Part shown: in pieces, positions 54,129 to 55,811 of the stretch | How the letters are laid out: every line of letters starts with the position of its first letter | Position numbering within the stretch: position 1 is the stretch's first letter | Source of the DNA: an uncultured Eubacteriales bacterium | GTDB lineage: Bacteria; Bacillota; Clostridia; Christensenellales; Aristaeellaceae | DNA: 55,811 nucleotides | Reading direction: 5' to 3' | Assembly (NCBI GenBank): GCA_900321565.1 | Contig: ONWQ01000428.1 | Location: forward strand, 1 to 55,811 | Program-made: the position numbers and the translations under genes | Notes under the pieces: generated by a model | Seen by the model: only the letters and a program-made list of their open reading frames with translations | What the model was told of the DNA's origin: nothing | Databases searched by the model: none

Positions 54129-54168
54129 AATGCATAGATATGCAGAAAATAATGCATAAATATGCAAA
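54129..54168. promoter_or_regulatory. Two tandem ARG-box-like palindromes (candidate ArgR/AhrC operator)
   Basis: AATGCATAGATATGCAGA (54129-54146) and AATGCATAAATATGCAAA (54151-54168) are separated by 4 nt. Each has a TGCATA-NN-TATGCA core resembling the ARG box TNTGAATWWWWATTCANW. They lie immediately upstream of the -35 element. Confidence 0.5.
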
Positions 54169-54232
54169 GCCAAATTTGGGGCAAATCTGTGAAAAGCATG
54201 ATAATCTGGCAAGTATTGCAATCTTTTAGGAC

Positions 54233-54278
54233 AAAAAAAGATCCGCTGCATGCAGATTGAGAATGCATACTGCGAATC
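54233..54278 (-). terminator. Rho-independent terminator of the aminotransferase gene
   Basis: The minus strand reads GATTCGCAGTATGCA, a 9-nt loop, TGCATGCAGCGGATC (12 of 15 bp paired), then TTTTTTT (54239-54233). Confidence 0.55.
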
Positions 54279-54330
54279 CTGTGAAAGGTAGCATGAATGT
54301 TTTTTCCGTGTTTTTGAATGATGCAGGTAA

Positions 54331-55512
54331 TCAGAATGTACCAGTTGTTTTGTCCAGCAGGCCGCTTTCTTGAATCTGCGAGACAGCCTGACGGATCTGT
54401 GCGGGAGGAAGGACAAGCGCGAAGCGCACATAGCCCTCTCCCTCAGGGCCGAAGCTTGAGCCCGGTGTGCAGATGACGCCGGCACGGTCCATGAGTGCCA
54501 GACAGAAATCCATACTTGACATGCCGGTTACGGGAATTTTCGCCCAGACAAACATGCTTCCGGCATTGCGCGGGACAGGCCAGCCGATGGCTGTCAACCC
54601 ATCGCAAAGAGCATCCCGTCGCTCCTGATAGCGCAGACATTGTGCCTTTATAACAGACCGGTCTGTTTTCAGCGCAGCAATGGCTGCCTTCTGAAGCGGG
54701 AGAAACATGCCAAAGTCAATCTGGCTGCGGAGCTTCCGGAAAGCAGCGACTACATCAGGCCGGCCAATCAGGAACGAAATCCGGGCGCCTGTCAGGTTAA
54801 AGGACTTGGACAGGGAGAAAAACTCGACCCCGGTGGATGCAGCATGTTCATACCCGAGGAAACTTCCGCCTTCCAGCCCGTCGTATATGATATCACTGTA
54901 CGCATTGTCGTGTACCAGAAGAATATGATGTTCGCGGGCGAAGGCAATGAGTCGGTTGTAAATCTCCGGCGTGCCGACGGAGCCCGTAGGATTGGAAGGC
55001 AGGGAAACTATCATATATCTGGCCCTGTCGGCCACATGTGCCGGTATGGCATCCAGATCCGGAAGAAAACCGGTGTGTTCACTGAGCGGATAGTACACGA
55101 TTTCAGCCCCTGCCATTTTGGCCCCTGCAATGAATACCGGATAGCAGGGTGATGGCAGAAGCACGGTATCCCCTGGATTACACAGTACCATGCCCAGATG
55201 GCCGATGCCTTCCTGAGAGCCGTAGCATGAAGCAATCATGTCAGGCGTGATGGTAACATGAAAGCGGGACTGGTAGTATTCACAGACGGCATTGAGCATT
55301 TCCGGAGTATCCCGGAGAGCATATTTCCAGTTCTCCGGATCCATGGCAGCCTCTGCCAGTGCCTGACGTATATGAACCGGCGTTTCAAAGTCAGGCGTGC
55401 CGATGGACAGATTCAGGAATGTTCTGCCCTGTGCTTCCAGCTGCAGGCGGCGTGTATTCAGCGCAGCAAAGACTTCATCGTCAAACCGGTTAAGACAATC
55501 TGAAAAATTCAT
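54331..55512 (-). CDS. Class I/II PLP-dependent aminotransferase (AspC/PatA/DapL-like; substrate not assignable)
   Basis: AAGGAGG lies 5 nt upstream of the ATG at 55512. The blocks LSIGTPDF, PSNPTG, the PLP-lysine block FSLSKSFNLTGARISF, and the C-terminal GYVRFALV are typical of class I enzymes. Confidence 0.85.
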   Translation of the reverse strand: MNFSDCLNRFDDEVFAALNTRRLQLEAQGRTFLNLSIGTPDFETPVHIRQALAEAAMDPENWKYALRDTPEMLNAVCEYYQSRFHVTITPDMIASCYGSQEGIGHLGMVLCNPGDTVLLPSPCYPVFIAGAKMAGAEIVYYPLSEHTGFLPDLDAIPAHVADRARYMIVSLPSNPTGSVGTPEIYNRLIAFAREHHILLVHDNAYSDIIYDGLEGGSFLGYEHAASTGVEFFSLSKSFNLTGARISFLIGRPDVVAAFRKLRSQIDFGMFLPLQKAAIAALKTDRSVIKAQCLRYQERRDALCDGLTAIGWPVPRNAGSMFVWAKIPVTGMSSMDFCLALMDRAGVICTPGSSFGPEGEGYVRFALVLPPAQIRQAVSQIQESGLLDKTTGTF

Positions 55513-55579
55513 ACTGGCCTCCTTCAAACCTCTTTAATGACCGGACCATCTCCGGAACAGGGTTCCTGCAACGAGCCGG

Positions 55580-55810
55580 TCAGTCGGTTCTCTGCAGGAG
55601 AATGACCTCACGGTGCTCAGCACTGCCCATGGCATAGTCTTCTTTTCCGGTACTGTTCAGTACATCTTCGCGGACCATGCGGTTCATACGCCGCTCTTCT
55701 CCATGGATAATCCGGTACTTGGCAGGATCGAGGTCGGGCTCTTCTTCGTATGGATCCCACAGTCCGATGAAATGGTCTCTGACCGGTGTGGTCAGCAGTA
55801 CATAATGCGG
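55580..55810 (-). CDS. 3' end of an unidentified gene entering from the right edge
   Basis: An open minus-strand frame gives ...PHYVLLTTPVRDHFIGLWDPYEEEPDLDPAKYRIIHGEERRMNRMVREDVLNSTGKEDYAMGSAEHREVILLQRTD, ending at a TGA (55582-55580). I do not recognise the family. Confidence 0.45.
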   Translation of the reverse strand, partial: PHYVLLTTPVRDHFIGLWDPYEEEPDLDPAKYRIIHGEERRMNRMVREDVLNSTGKEDYAMGSAEHREVILLQRTD

Positions 55811-55811
55811 A

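Noticed and set aside
1-55811. A search by eye for CRISPR arrays, tRNA/rRNA genes, IS elements, integrases, prophage or toxin-antitoxin modules, and large direct or inverted repeats.
   Set aside because: I saw no regularly spaced repeats, no tRNA-like T-arm/acceptor patterns, and no transposase, recombinase or phage-like ORFs. Visual scanning cannot exclude short or degenerate elements, so tRNAscan-SE, cmscan and a repeat finder should be run.

Overview
This window looks like ordinary chromosome from a Firmicutes/Clostridia-like anaerobe. That placement is an inference from the strong GGAGG-type Shine-Dalgarno sites, tight operons with ATGA/GTGA stop-start overlaps, and the gene content. I support about 45 protein-coding genes. 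I found no rRNA, tRNA, CRISPR array, transposase, integrase or prophage signature.

Main blocks, left to right:
- **200-7040:** a MATE exporter, a 1415-aa fused BcrAD/HgdC-type activase protein, and azlCD.
- **7176-10249 (minus strand):** an ATPase+DUF234-like protein with degenerate Walker motifs, an esterase, and a membrane-anchored protein.
- **10421-17010:** envelope and miscellaneous genes: rfbA, an O-antigen-ligase-like protein, a DUF975-like protein, a second MATE, a TtcA-like PP-loop ATPase and a GT2 glycosyltransferase.
- **17459-19962:** a pyruvate-kinase-like protein without the C-terminal domain, translationally coupled to a beta-lactamase-fold serine hydrolase.
- **20251-23794:** a thioesterase, an AEC transporter and a cytoplasmic beta-helix protein that looks GH120-like.
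- **23889-28101:** an operon encoding a soluble hybrid histidine kinase, a degenerate HD-GYP-like protein and SfsA.
- **28345-34531:** a signal-peptide-less glucuronoxylan-oligosaccharide operon with the order MBL, GH39 xynB, GH67 aguA, alpha/beta hydrolase, MBL.
- **34603-39817:** a coupled string of PBP1A, a small PD-(D/E)xK protein and an SNF2 helicase.
- **40107-44321:** a DUF3783-like gene and cobO, then fucO, a CE12-like SGNH esterase and a third MATE.
- **44470-54061:** an arginine operon (argG, a polar amino-acid ABC transporter, argF, carA, carB) with tandem ARG-box-like palindromes upstream, followed by a class I aminotransferase.

The most unusual observation is that carB runs in frame, with no stop codon, into a diaminopimelate-epimerase-fold domain. 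In that domain the first of the two catalytic cysteines is replaced by alanine.

All product calls come from motif recognition by eye. No database search was run.
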